Counted from the first letter of the stretch, positions 49,382 to 59,003 are shown. The stretch is 64,000 nt of DNA from Verrucomicrobiota bacterium (GCA_049510745.1 JBEKYR010000001.1:160001-224000), one strand, 5' to 3'. The notes: generated by a model not told the origin, from the letters alone. Numbers and translations: made by a program.

Positions 49382-49805
49382 CCCCGCCGAAACGGCGCTC
49401 CTGGGCGAACAATGGGGGCGCGCCGCGCGCGCAGGCTGGCTCATCGGCTTGAGCGGCGCTCTCGGCACGGGCAAAACGCTGCTCGCCGGCGGCCTGGCCC
49501 GCGGTTTGGGCGTGACCGCGCGTGTGCCTTCGCCCACTTTCGCGCTGGTAAACGAGTACCGGGGCGGACGCCTCCCCCTGTGGCATCTGGACCTTTACCG
49601 GCTGGCGACGCGCGCGGAAATCGTCGCCGCCGGCTTGGAGCCGTATCTGTGCCGGCCGCCCGGTGTGGTCGTGGTGGAATGGATCGAACGGTGGATGGAC
49701 CAGGAGCCTGGCCCGCTGGCGCCGGGCGTGAGATTTCGCCGGGTCGAAATCAAAACCGCCGGCGAGGCGGAGCGGAGAATTGTCTATGAAGATTTTGGCG
49801 GTTGA
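49359..49805 (+). CDS. tsaE: tRNA threonylcarbamoyladenosine biosynthesis ATPase
   Basis: GALGTGKT, SPTFALVNEY, HLDLYRL, VVEW. Confidence 0.94.
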   Translation: MATFISHSPAETALLGEQWGRAARAGWLIGLSGALGTGKTLLAGGLARGLGVTARVPSPTFALVNEYRGGRLPLWHLDLYRLATRAEIVAAGLEPYLCRPPGVVVVEWIERWMDQEPGPLAPGVRFRRVEIKTAGEAERRIVYEDFGG

Positions 49806-50442
49806 GTTTTCGTCGGAACAGCGCAGCGTCGCCTTGATGGAGGACGACGCGAGCGCGGCTCCCGTGCTGGCGGGCCGGGCGGCGGAAATTTCCGGCCGCC
49901 GCGCCCTGGGCCTGGTCGAAGAGGCGCTGCAACAAGCCGGCTGGCAACGCGAGGAGATCCAGACGCTGGCCGTCGGGCTGGGGCCGGGGTCGTACACCGG
50001 CATCCGCGGGGCCATTGCGCTGGCCCAGGGTTGGCAGTTGGGCCGCGGCGTGAATTTGCTCGGCATCAGCAGCGTCGAATGCCTCGCGGCCCAGGCGGAA
50101 GCCGAAAAAATGTTCGGCCCGGTTCATATCGTGGTGGATGCGCAACGCAATGAGTTTTACCTGGCGGGATATGAAATTGCGCCGGGCCGGCGGCACGAAG
50201 CGCAGCCGCTGCGGCTGGCGGGGTTGGCCGAAATCCAGCGTCTGGCGGATGCCGGGGCCAGGATCATCGGCCCCGAGGCGGCGCAATGGTTCCCGCAAGC
50301 CGCAACGGTTTTTCCCGACGCGGCGGTTCTGGCGCGGCTGGCCTGCGGCCGGCGCGATTATGTTCCGGGCGGAAAACTGGAGCCGATTTATATGCGACAA
50401 ACAACGTTCAAGAAAGCGCCGCCTTTGCGGGTTGTAACATGA
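49786..50442 (+). CDS. tsaB: tRNA threonylcarbamoyladenosine biosynthesis protein
   Basis: GPGSYTGIR, DAQRNEFY, LEPIYMR. Confidence 0.93.
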   Translation: MKILAVEFSSEQRSVALMEDDASAAPVLAGRAAEISGRRALGLVEEALQQAGWQREEIQTLAVGLGPGSYTGIRGAIALAQGWQLGRGVNLLGISSVECLAAQAEAEKMFGPVHIVVDAQRNEFYLAGYEIAPGRRHEAQPLRLAGLAEIQRLADAGARIIGPEAAQWFPQAATVFPDAAVLARLACGRRDYVPGGKLEPIYMRQTTFKKAPPLRVVT

Positions 50443-51374
50443 AACGGTTTATTGTGATGACTCTGGCCGCGGTGATGGGCGCCGCCCTGCCGGCCCCGGC
50501 GGCCGATGACGTCGCGCCGCCCGCCATGCCGCACCGGGATATCGCGCCGCCCAAGGACCCGCCCCGCGGCGAGACGGTCAATCTGAAGGACGGCGATATC
50601 GCGTTCACCTTGTTTTTGCCGGCGGGCTGGCAGGTGCCGCCGACGGGCGAGACGCCGCTGACGGTCCATTTTCACGGGGCGGCCTGGTTTGCCATTGACG
50701 AACACTTGCGGCACGGGTTGAGCACGCCGCTGCTCGCGGCCTATTTGGGCGAAGGCTCGTCCGTCTATCAAAAACCGTTTGCGGACCGGGAGCGGTTCGA
50801 CCGCTGGCTGCAATTGGCGGTGCAGGCGCTGCGCGAGCGCGGAGCGCCGGCCAACACCCGCATCAGCGCGGTCGATGTCACCAGCTTCAGCGCCGGTTAC
50901 GGCGCGGTTCGGGAGTTGCTGAAATCTCCGAAGTATTCCGAGTTGATCCGCCGGATTGTGTTGAGCGACTCGATGTACGCCAGCCTGGCGGAAGGCTCCA
51001 ACGCGCCGGTGGAGACGCCCTATGGCATCTTCCGCCAGCCCGCCCGCGACCAGATCGACGTCTGGGTCCCGTTTGCCCGCGCGGCGGCCCGGGGCGAAAA
51101 AACATTTGTCTTGACGGTCTCGGAGGTGCCGACGGCCGGCTATGCCAGTTCCGGCGAGTGCGCGGCAGCCCTCATCCGCGAGTTGAACGCGCCAGTGACG
51201 GTGATCGCGCCGCTGTCCAGCGCGGCCGCGAGCGACCCGGACTTTCCGCTCAAATTCCGCGCCGACCTGGGCAATTTTCACATCTGGGGCTACGGCGGGA
51301 CCAACGCGCAAGCACACATGAACCAGGTGCGCCACATGGCCGACGTTTGGCTGGCGCTGGACGCCCGGAAATGA
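50439..51374 (+). CDS. Secreted alpha/beta-hydrolase-like protein
   Basis: Signal peptide; VHFHG; SFSAGYGA nucleophile elbow; LSDS; C-terminal His. Confidence 0.6.
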   Translation: MKRFIVMTLAAVMGAALPAPAADDVAPPAMPHRDIAPPKDPPRGETVNLKDGDIAFTLFLPAGWQVPPTGETPLTVHFHGAAWFAIDEHLRHGLSTPLLAAYLGEGSSVYQKPFADRERFDRWLQLAVQALRERGAPANTRISAVDVTSFSAGYGAVRELLKSPKYSELIRRIVLSDSMYASLAEGSNAPVETPYGIFRQPARDQIDVWVPFARAAARGEKTFVLTVSEVPTAGYASSGECAAALIRELNAPVTVIAPLSSAAASDPDFPLKFRADLGNFHIWGYGGTNAQAHMNQVRHMADVWLALDARK

Positions 51375-51377
51375 CGC

Positions 51378-52721
51378 ATGACCGCGGACGCTCCATTGCG
51401 CATCGTCCAGATCACGCCCGGCGCGGGCAAAATGTTCTGCGGCGCCTGCCTGCGCGACAACGCCCTGGTCACGGCCTTGCGGCGCCTGGGCCATGCGGCG
51501 GTGATGGTGCCGCTCTACCTTCCGCTGACGTTGGATGAAGAGGACCAGACTTCCGGCAGCCCGTACTTTTTCGGCGGCATCAACGTCTATCTGGACCAGC
51601 AATCGGCGCTCTTTCGCAAGGCCCCGGCCTGGTTGCACCGCCTCCTGGCCTCGCCCGCCCTGCTCCGGCTGGCCTCGGCCGCGGCGGGACGGACGCCGGC
51701 GGAGGAGTTGGGAGAACTGACCCTTTCCATGCTGCGCGGCGACGAGGGGAACCAGGCGCGGGAACTGGACGATTTGATCGGATGGCTGCGGGCGGAGAAC
51801 CCCGGCGTGGTGTGTTTGTCCAACGCCCTGCTCGCGGGCATGGCCCGCAAAATTCGCGCCCAACTGCGCGTGCCCGTGGTCTGCTCCTTGCAGGGGGAGG
51901 ACATTTTTCTTGACTCCCTGCCCGAACCCCATCGCCACCTGGCCTGGCGCCTGGCCGCCGAGCGGGCGGCGGAACTGGATTTGTTCATTGCGCCGAGCCG
52001 GTATTACGGCGCGCGGATGGCCGAACGCCTGAAGATTCCGCCGGAACGCCTCAAGATCGTCCCCAACGGCATCAACCTGGACGGCTACGCCGACGCCCCT
52101 CCGGCCGCCGCCAAAGGCGGCCCGCCGGTGCTGGGGTATTTTGCCAGGATGTGCCGGGAGAAGGGCCTGGACCAATTGGTCGAGGCGTTTATCCGGTTGA
52201 AGAGCCGGGATGGCCTGCGGGATTTGAAACTGCGCGTCGGCGGCAGTTGCGGCCCGATGGACCAGCCGGTGGTGGAGGCGGCGCGCCGCGCTTTGGCCGC
52301 CGCGGGCGTTTTGGGTGACGTCGAGTTTTGTCCCAATCTCTCGCGCCGCGACAAGCTGTCGTTTTTGCGGACCCTCTCGCTTTTCTCCGTGCCGGCAAAT
52401 TGCGGCGAGGCCTTCGGACTCTCTGTCATCGAAGCGATGGCCTCGGGCGTGCCGGTGGTGCAGCCGGAGCACGGGGCCTTTCCCGAACTGATCGCCGCCA
52501 CCGGCGGGGGCATCCTCTGCCGGGCCAACGACCCCGGCGCGCTGGCCGGCGCCCTCGAAACCCTCCTGCGGGCGCCGGAGCGGGCGCGCGCGCTGGGCCG
52601 GGCCGGACAAGCGGCCGTGCGCGAACGCTTCACCGTGGACATCATGGCGCGGGAAGTGGCGGCCCTTTGCCGGGAAGCCGCGCGGAATGCCTCAGTGACG
52701 GCGAAAAAAAGTAGCGCTTAA
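51378..52721 (+). CDS. Glycosyltransferase family 4
   Basis: PNGI, R...EKG, EAFGLSVIEAMASGVPVV. Confidence 0.92.
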   Translation: MTADAPLRIVQITPGAGKMFCGACLRDNALVTALRRLGHAAVMVPLYLPLTLDEEDQTSGSPYFFGGINVYLDQQSALFRKAPAWLHRLLASPALLRLASAAAGRTPAEELGELTLSMLRGDEGNQARELDDLIGWLRAENPGVVCLSNALLAGMARKIRAQLRVPVVCSLQGEDIFLDSLPEPHRHLAWRLAAERAAELDLFIAPSRYYGARMAERLKIPPERLKIVPNGINLDGYADAPPAAAKGGPPVLGYFARMCREKGLDQLVEAFIRLKSRDGLRDLKLRVGGSCGPMDQPVVEAARRALAAAGVLGDVEFCPNLSRRDKLSFLRTLSLFSVPANCGEAFGLSVIEAMASGVPVVQPEHGAFPELIAATGGGILCRANDPGALAGALETLLRAPERARALGRAGQAAVRERFTVDIMAREVAALCREAARNASVTAKKSSA

Positions 52722-52770
52722 AAAAATTCTCATTTTGCCGTCTGCACATCTTCCTGTCTGCGCCTTTTCC

Positions 52771-52832
52771 TTGACAAATGGAGAGAATTTAATTTAGCAT
52801 ACCCGCATTGCGGCTTTCAATGCGGGTATGCT
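52771..52832 (+). promoter_or_regulatory. Sigma70-like promoter overlapped by a perfect 15-bp inverted repeat
   Basis: TTGACA (52771)-N18-TAGCAT (52795); agcatacccgcattg-cggcttt-caatgcgggtatgct at 52796-52832. Confidence 0.55.
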
Positions 52833-52921
52833 CAATCTCACATTTTCCGCCCTCACTGAGGCATTACAGCCGCGCGGAATTTTCCCTCGTAAAATCCGGC
52901 CCCAAAATTTACATTCCGCGC

Positions 52922-53362
52922 ATGGCTTACGAATTCAAAGCAATCCGCCGGGTGGAGTTTTCCGAAACGGACATGGCCGGGCTTATGCACTTCTCCAATT
53001 ATTTCCGTTTCATGGAAACGGCCGAGCACGCCTTTTTTCGCTCGCTGGGATTGTCGGTTTTTTCCAGGCAGACGGATCCCCCGGCGGGCTGGCCGCGCGT
53101 CCATGCCGAATGCGATTACAAAACGCCGCTCCATTTCGGGGACGAAGTGGAAATCCACCTCCTGGTGCGCGAGAAAAAGCCCAAGGCCCTGAGCTATCTT
53201 TTCAAATTCCGCAAACTCAATGCCACCCCGCCGCTGGAAGTGGCCCGCGGCGTATTGACGGTCGTGTACGTCCGCCTTGAAGGCGGGATGATGAAAGCCT
53301 GCGCCATGCCCAAAAGCGCGTCGGATAAAATCCAGCTTGCGCCGCCCGAGTTGTTGCGGTGA
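52922..53362 (+). CDS. Acyl-CoA thioesterase (4HBT/YbgC hotdog fold)
   Basis: RVEFSETDMAGLMHFSNYFRFME, CDYKTPLHFGD. Confidence 0.92.
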   Translation: MAYEFKAIRRVEFSETDMAGLMHFSNYFRFMETAEHAFFRSLGLSVFSRQTDPPAGWPRVHAECDYKTPLHFGDEVEIHLLVREKKPKALSYLFKFRKLNATPPLEVARGVLTVVYVRLEGGMMKACAMPKSASDKIQLAPPELLR

Positions 53363-53376
53363 GAAGGCTTGACGGG

Positions 53377-54447
53377 TTACTCGAGGGACACGGCGCGGCC
53401 GCCGTACAGGGCGGAATCGCGGCAGGCGTCCATGACCTGCTGCGTTTTCAAGGCCCACATCGGCCAGTCGCCGTTGAGTTTTCCGCTGGCGACCTGCCGG
53501 GCGAAGTTGCGGAACATTTGCGAGTCCTGGGCCGGGGCGCGGCTCTCGCTGTGCTGGCCGGCGCAGTCGCAACACTTGACCCGCTCTTCGGCCCCGTTGA
53601 CCTCGATGGCAGGCTCATGGGCGCTGGCCGGATGAACAAAATCGGCCACGCGCAGATAGCCGTTCGCGCCGCCGACCTGCACCCAACCCTGATACTGGGC
53701 GCGGAAGGAACAGTAAAAACCCAGCGATGAGCCGTCGGCGAAAATCAATTCGCCGGAAAAATCGGTCGGCGCCGTCGAGGGGCTGAGACGGCTGCCCCGG
53801 GCGGAGAGGATTCTGCCCGTGACTTCGCGGGGCAGGCGCCAGTTCATCGCCCAGAGCGCGAAGCGCAGGCAATACCAGCCCAGGTCCCCCAGGCAGCCGG
53901 CCGGCTCCAGCCCGGCGTGGACCCGGATGTTGGCGTCAAAAAAACTTTCATCGGCTCCAAAACTGAAAACGGACATGATGCGCCGGATCGGCCCGATCGT
54001 TTTGCCGTCGTCGAGCAGCTCGCGCAGGCGGCGCTGCCGCGGGTTGTGCATGAACATGACGCCGTCCATGAACTGAACGCCGTTTTTTTGGCAGGCATCG
54101 GTCATTTCGCGGACATCCCCCAGGCTCAGGCCGCACGGCTTTTCGCACAGGACGTGTTTGCCCGCGGCGGCGGCGCGCAAGACCCACTCCTTGCGCAACC
54201 CGGTGGGCAACGGGATGTAAACGGCATCCACGTCCCTGCAGGCGATCAACGTCTCGTAACCGCCGAGGGCGGCGGGGGTCGATTCCGAGGGAGCCTCCCG
54301 TTGGCACTCGTCGATGAATTTCCGGCTGCGCGCCGCCTCGCGGCTGGCGACGGCGGTGACGACCGAATTGCCGCTGTCGCGAATGGCGCGCCAGTTTTGC
54401 CGGGCGATGCCGGCCGTGCTCAAGATGCCCCAGCGAAGTTTATTCAT
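53377..54447 (-). CDS. Gfo/Idh/MocA oxidoreductase
   Basis: LRWGILSTAGIA, DAVYIPLP, GKHVLCEKP, GCLGDLGWY. Confidence 0.93.
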   Translation of the reverse strand: MNKLRWGILSTAGIARQNWRAIRDSGNSVVTAVASREAARSRKFIDECQREAPSESTPAALGGYETLIACRDVDAVYIPLPTGLRKEWVLRAAAAGKHVLCEKPCGLSLGDVREMTDACQKNGVQFMDGVMFMHNPRQRRLRELLDDGKTIGPIRRIMSVFSFGADESFFDANIRVHAGLEPAGCLGDLGWYCLRFALWAMNWRLPREVTGRILSARGSRLSPSTAPTDFSGELIFADGSSLGFYCSFRAQYQGWVQVGGANGYLRVADFVHPASAHEPAIEVNGAEERVKCCDCAGQHSESRAPAQDSQMFRNFARQVASGKLNGDWPMWALKTQQVMDACRDSALYGGRAVSLE

Positions 54448-54587
54448 CACGTTAGACCGCCTCAAATCTTGGGGAAGGCTGGGCCGCGGTCAAGCATTTC
54501 CTGGAGCCGTTGGTGAAGGCGGCGAACATCGAATGGTTAAGCGGGTCGGACTGGCCACGGACGGTAGCCAACGAAGAGGCATCTGAG

Positions 54588-55050
54588 ATGAAACCAGGAC
54601 GAAATCGACTCCAGTTAAGCGTGTTCAAGCGGCTTGAAGCTGGTTTGCCGCCCACGCGCTGGCAGCAGCTCCGCCTGCACATGCATCCAGCCTGGAGGCG
54701 CGGGCGCCGTTTGAATGTCCAGAGGTTATGGTTTCACGTCAAAGGGGTGTTGCGCGTTTTCTGGATGCCCTGGACCCTGTTCCGCTTCCGAAGTGTTCCG
54801 GTGCAAATCCACTCCACGTTTCTGATCTATCCAGTGGGCTTCTTCACTTGGGACAGATACGTCGAAGACGCCGGTGCAGGAGTTCTTCGGGGCATCGTTT
54901 TTCTGCTCGTGTATTCCTGTTCGCTGCTGGTGCATGAGTTCGCCCACGTTTTTACCGCCCGCCGCTGGGGAATCGCCAGCCGTTGCGTCATCCTGATTCC
55001 ATTTGGAGCTGTGGCTGAATTGGTAGGACGGGCATCTCGGCCACTATATT
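54588..55050 (+). pseudogene. Truncated site-2 (M50) metalloprotease
   Basis: VPVQIHSTFL, LLVHEFAH (HExxH), LIPFGAVA present; no AGP or NLLPxxPLDG motif; the ORF then reads into non-homologous sequence overlapping the convergent gene. Confidence 0.65.
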
Positions 55051-55143
55051 GGCCGCCATCGAGACAGCGTCCAGAACATGACTCAGAATTTCCCGCTAAA
55101 GCACCTCTCATTGATACGATAGAGAGACGTTCGCAGGCTGAAA

Positions 55144-56235
55144 TCACCTGCGATTCTCGTTCGGCCAAGTTCGCGGATCGCCATCAAACTCGGCATCAAC
55201 GACTTCGCGAATATCGCCCTCCAATGGCATGGGTTTGCCGGCCCGGATATGCACCTTGACTGGCACCCAAAGCACTGGCGACGGACCCTTCGCGGACCAA
55301 GGCAGTTCGGTGACGATCTGTTTGACCACGGCAGCGGTCCCGAAAGTCGCCGGACCGGCCAGGCCGGAAACGACCAGCCAGACGTTCCCCGCCGCCCGCC
55401 GCTGCGCGGCAATGATTCCGTGCATCGTCCATGATTGGGCCTCAACGCGTGACTCGTGCGGCGTGCCTTCGAGGATGAACGCGGAGGATTCATCGCGTTC
55501 GACGCGGGAAGCCAGTTCCGGATGGTCAGCCTGCAGTTCGCGCGGGGTGAGCCCGAAGGCGCTGTGAAATCCTTCGGCGAGCATCGGACGCCACACGAAG
55601 AAAAATGGCACCGGCCGCCCCGTCTTAAAGTGCGGGGTCTCGAACGGCTGCACCCCGAACATCCGCGCCAGCATGATTTCACTGCTCAAAGCGGCCAGCG
55701 GGGAGCCAATTGAAACCACCGACGCTTGATCGTCGTCGAGAACTCGATACCAGGATTCGGAGCGAATGGCCGCCGGATCCACCGGACTGCGCCACAACAC
55801 GTCCTCGGTATCGAACTTCCGATGCATCCCCATCTGCGAAACCTGGGTCAGCAGTTCGGTGTGCGAGCGAGTGTCCCAACGGCTGAGGTCGGTGCGGCGC
55901 TCCTCCGGTCGCGGCTTGGCTCCCAACAAGAACACCAGTCGCCGCGCGTCCACCAGCACTTCCAACACCCCCCTCGTTTCGAGGATGGGCAGATGCTGGA
56001 GACTGGCCCCGTGCTTTTTGAAATACGTATGCAGCGCCACCAGGATGTTCCAGGTCAGGCCCACTTTTTCCGGATTATCCCGGATTTTCTTGAGCATTTT
56101 GCCGCTGACGCGGCAATTGGTGCCAGCTTCCTCGTTGGCGCTTCTGATAAGTTCCGCGAGCCGGTTGATGGAGATCGCCCGCGCAGTTTCCTGCGCGATG
56201 AGCCTGCTCACGCGCAGCGGGGGTTTTGTGAACAT
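55144..56235 (-). CDS. Hypothetical protein, putative HTH + alpha/beta sensor domain regulator
   Basis: Clean 363-aa ORF; N-terminal SINRLAELI...VSGKMLKKI...LVALHTYF HTH-like region; C-terminal VVSIGSP...LVVSGLAGPAT. Confidence 0.6.
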   Translation of the reverse strand: MFTKPPLRVSRLIAQETARAISINRLAELIRSANEEAGTNCRVSGKMLKKIRDNPEKVGLTWNILVALHTYFKKHGASLQHLPILETRGVLEVLVDARRLVFLLGAKPRPEERRTDLSRWDTRSHTELLTQVSQMGMHRKFDTEDVLWRSPVDPAAIRSESWYRVLDDDQASVVSIGSPLAALSSEIMLARMFGVQPFETPHFKTGRPVPFFFVWRPMLAEGFHSAFGLTPRELQADHPELASRVERDESSAFILEGTPHESRVEAQSWTMHGIIAAQRRAAGNVWLVVSGLAGPATFGTAAVVKQIVTELPWSAKGPSPVLWVPVKVHIRAGKPMPLEGDIREVVDAEFDGDPRTWPNENRR

Positions 56236-56521
56236 GTCACCATTTCGTCACATTCCGCCCGAATTTACAAGGGCATTCGCGGCCAATTCTTGGCCGTTTG
56301 TGCATAACACGGTTGGAAATAAATAGGCCTCAATCTGCCGTAGGCACGCTCCGAAAAAGCGATAAAATGGGAAGAAGTCACAAATGAACACCACCTTGTC
56401 AAACATGGAGCCAGCATCCAGCGCCGCCCACTCTCACGCCGTCCGCCGTGTCCGTGGCAAGCGAATCGGCGCAAAAAGGAAGGCTCAAAACTGATGCAGA
56501 GTTGCCTTTGCGTTGCTCCCC

Positions 56522-57115
56522 ATGCGCCCGCAAGTCAACAAACCTACTGTCGAAATCGTCGCGGCTTGGCTGGCATCGATCGGGCGAAAGATCGACCGTG
56601 CCCGGGCACTCGCCGACAAAACCGAGGAACTCCTGTATGGCATTGCTTGCGAGTTCGATGAATTGCGCCGCCAAATCTCGCCTGTTAACCCGACGATGGC
56701 GCCCAGAATCCAGAGGCGTCGTCCATTAGTCCTTGAATCTATGCCAAATGCAGGCTCCGTGACCCTGGTCGTGAGTGGCGATGGTTCTTCCGCTGTATCT
56801 ATCGACGGACGAACGGGCATTCCCCTCACTCCGCTCGTGACGGCCTTGCTCAGAGTTCTCAAGGCTGACTGTGGCTTAGTCAACGATCACTTGGTCGGCT
56901 GGAAGTCAGTCGATGTGATCCAAGCCGCGCTCAAGGAATACACCCGACAACAGCACAGCAAGGCGGCGGTCAAAGAACTTGTTTACCGCTTGCGCAACCT
57001 CCTTGACCGCCAGCCCGATAATTCCGGCCTGGTGCAGACCAACCACCGTCTGGGTTACCGTTTCGCCGTGCGGCGGCGCGCGCCTGGATCGACGACAGAA
57101 CACGACGACCAATGA
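56522..57115 (+). CDS. Winged-helix (OmpR/PhoB-type DNA-binding domain) regulator without receiver domain
   Basis: IPLTPLVTALLRVL...AVKELVYRLRNLL...LVQTNHRLGYRF. Confidence 0.75.
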   Translation: MRPQVNKPTVEIVAAWLASIGRKIDRARALADKTEELLYGIACEFDELRRQISPVNPTMAPRIQRRRPLVLESMPNAGSVTLVVSGDGSSAVSIDGRTGIPLTPLVTALLRVLKADCGLVNDHLVGWKSVDVIQAALKEYTRQQHSKAAVKELVYRLRNLLDRQPDNSGLVQTNHRLGYRFAVRRRAPGSTTEHDDQ

Positions 57116-57133
57116 GCGAATTTCGAAATACAT

Positions 57134-57264
57134 CTGACGGTCAGTATGTGACCCGTTGTGACTGCATTGAAGTTTTGCAGCATATTCTCCAGTGGATGCA
57201 GCCCTCCGTTTGTGACCAAGCCCGAAGTTTGGCCTCTGTGACTGTGCATATGTTAAAAAGTCAC
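57134..57264. promoter_or_regulatory. Clustered TGTGAC motifs upstream of the ubiquitin-like operon
   Basis: TGTGAC at 57147, 57157, 57211, 57237; GTCAC at 57260; palindrome ctgacggtcag at 57134. Confidence 0.45.
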
Positions 57265-57280
57265 CGGAAACGAAATTTTT

Positions 57281-57817
57281 ATGGCTCATTTCTGGATCAC
57301 TAATGGCGCGGGTGAATGGGGAGTCCACTCGCTGGCCGGGGAGAGTTGCCTGGCTGTATGTGCTGAACACAACGTGCGCTTAACAGCCCCTGCGGATCAG
57401 CCAGGTCTTGCCGAAATCCGCATCCTGCCGCCGGACCCAACTGGTGGGTCGCCGTCATGGACATTGCTGGGGGGCCGGGAGGCATCCCTGCGCGTCAACG
57501 GTCAGCCGTTGGTGCTTGGCATCCGTGCCCTGCGCGACCGCGATGAGATTTCCCTTGCTGGCCATCGATGCTTCTTTTCCACGGAAGAACTCGCACGCGT
57601 TGTGCCGTTCCCAGGGCTGGCTCAACCCGCCTATTGCCCGCGCTGCAAACAAAAAGTGGAGCCTGGGGATCCCGCCGTCGCCTGCCCCCACTGCCGGGCG
57701 TGGCATCATCAGTCGGAAAAATTTCCCTGCTGGACCTACGGCCCCACTTGTGCGCTGTGCCAACTGCACTCCACCGCACTCGACGCGGGCTATGCGTGGA
57801 CGCCGGCAATGCTGTGA
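57281..57817 (+). CDS. FHA-like domain + prokaryotic RING finger (E3-like)
   Basis: LRVNGQPL...LRDRDEISLAG FHA-type C-terminal strands; CPRC-x12-CPHC-x3-HH-x6-C-x6-CALC. Confidence 0.75.
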   Translation: MAHFWITNGAGEWGVHSLAGESCLAVCAEHNVRLTAPADQPGLAEIRILPPDPTGGSPSWTLLGGREASLRVNGQPLVLGIRALRDRDEISLAGHRCFFSTEELARVVPFPGLAQPAYCPRCKQKVEPGDPAVACPHCRAWHHQSEKFPCWTYGPTCALCQLHSTALDAGYAWTPAML

Positions 57818-57818
57818 C

Positions 57819-59003
57819 ATGAAACCCAATCGCCCAGCCGATTCGCGCCAAGCTTTGCAACCCCGTTGCCTGCATGGTGGGGGCAAGCACCTCGTCGTGT
57901 TGGGCGCGGGCGGAAACATCGGTTCGCATCTGGTTCCGCTGCTGGCGCGAATGCCCGGCGTCAAGCGGCTCACGCTCGTGGACTGCGATTGCTATGAGGA
58001 GAAGAATTTGCAGTCGCAGGACATCAGGCCATCGGACATAGGCCAGGCGAAAGCCCGCCTGCAGGCCCGCCGCGCCCGGCGCATCAATCCGAAGCTTGAA
58101 GTTGTGTCCATCGTTGACCGGCTTGAAAACGTCCCGCTCGGCTGCTTGCGAGGCGACATCATCCTCGCTTGTCTTGATTCCAAGGAAAGCCGGCGGTGCG
58201 CGAATGAAATCGCGTGGCGACTGGGCGTGCCCTGGATCGATGCCGGTGTGGAGCCGAGCCTGATGCTGGCGCGGGTGAACGTCTATCTGCCGGCGGCGGA
58301 TCAACCGTGTTTGGAGTGCGCGTGGAGTGAGCGCGACTACGCCGAATTGGCCACGATCCATCCATGCGACGGCGGTGGCTCTAAAAATCCGGCGACCAAC
58401 TCGCCGGCGTGCCTTGGCGCGCTGGCCGCCGCGTTGCAGGCCATTGAATGTCAGAGACTTCTCGCCGGACAATCGGCTTTGATCGGCCGGCAGGTGCTGA
58501 TCGAGGCGGCAACGCACCGGCATTTCGTCACTGCTTTTCGCCGCAACCCCAACTGCCGCTTTGACCATGCGACTTGGAAGATTTCCTCCTGGTGCCAGAC
58601 GCCGCGGAATCTCTCCATCGGCGCGATCCTCAAGCTGGCTCGCCGATCGGGTGCTTCGGCCGCGCTTGCGTTCGGCGGCCAGCCGCTCGTTAAAAGACTT
58701 GATTGTCCGGGGTGCGGCTTCACTCGGCGCGTTTTCCGTTTGCAGCGCCGTCTCAAGCACACCGATCGAGTCTGCGATCGTTGCGGCCGCGAAATGCTTT
58801 CCGCCGGTTTCCACATGAAAACCCGGTTGTCGAACGCGGATCTGGGTCCGGGTGACGCCAGTCGTTCGCTTGCGAGTCTTGGCTTGCAGACGGGCGACGT
58901 CATTTCCTTGGGCAACGGCGCGAGCGAAGAATTCTTCGAACTGCGCCCCGGACCCGGCCCGCACCCGCAAAGAGCGAAATCAATTCAACGGAGGGATTCA
59001 TGA
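57819..59003 (+). CDS. E1-like ubiquitin-activating enzyme (ThiF/MoeB family) with C-terminal Zn ribbon and possible Ub-fold domain
   Basis: VVLGAGGNIG, DCDCYEEKNL.SQ, GQAKA, ACLDS, PWIDAGV, PCLEC, HPC (candidate catalytic Cys), NPNCRFDH, CPGC...CDRC, SLASLGLQTGDVI. Confidence 0.9.
   Translation: MKPNRPADSRQALQPRCLHGGGKHLVVLGAGGNIGSHLVPLLARMPGVKRLTLVDCDCYEEKNLQSQDIRPSDIGQAKARLQARRARRINPKLEVVSIVDRLENVPLGCLRGDIILACLDSKESRRCANEIAWRLGVPWIDAGVEPSLMLARVNVYLPAADQPCLECAWSERDYAELATIHPCDGGGSKNPATNSPACLGALAAALQAIECQRLLAGQSALIGRQVLIEAATHRHFVTAFRRNPNCRFDHATWKISSWCQTPRNLSIGAILKLARRSGASAALAFGGQPLVKRLDCPGCGFTRRVFRLQRRLKHTDRVCDRCGREMLSAGFHMKTRLSNADLGPGDASRSLASLGLQTGDVISLGNGASEEFFELRPGPGPHPQRAKSIQRRDS

Noticed and set aside
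54495..54545. tRNA 3'-end / att-like sequence (tggagccg...) at the island edge
   Set aside because: No proper T-arm or cloverleaf can be folded; no second copy seen.
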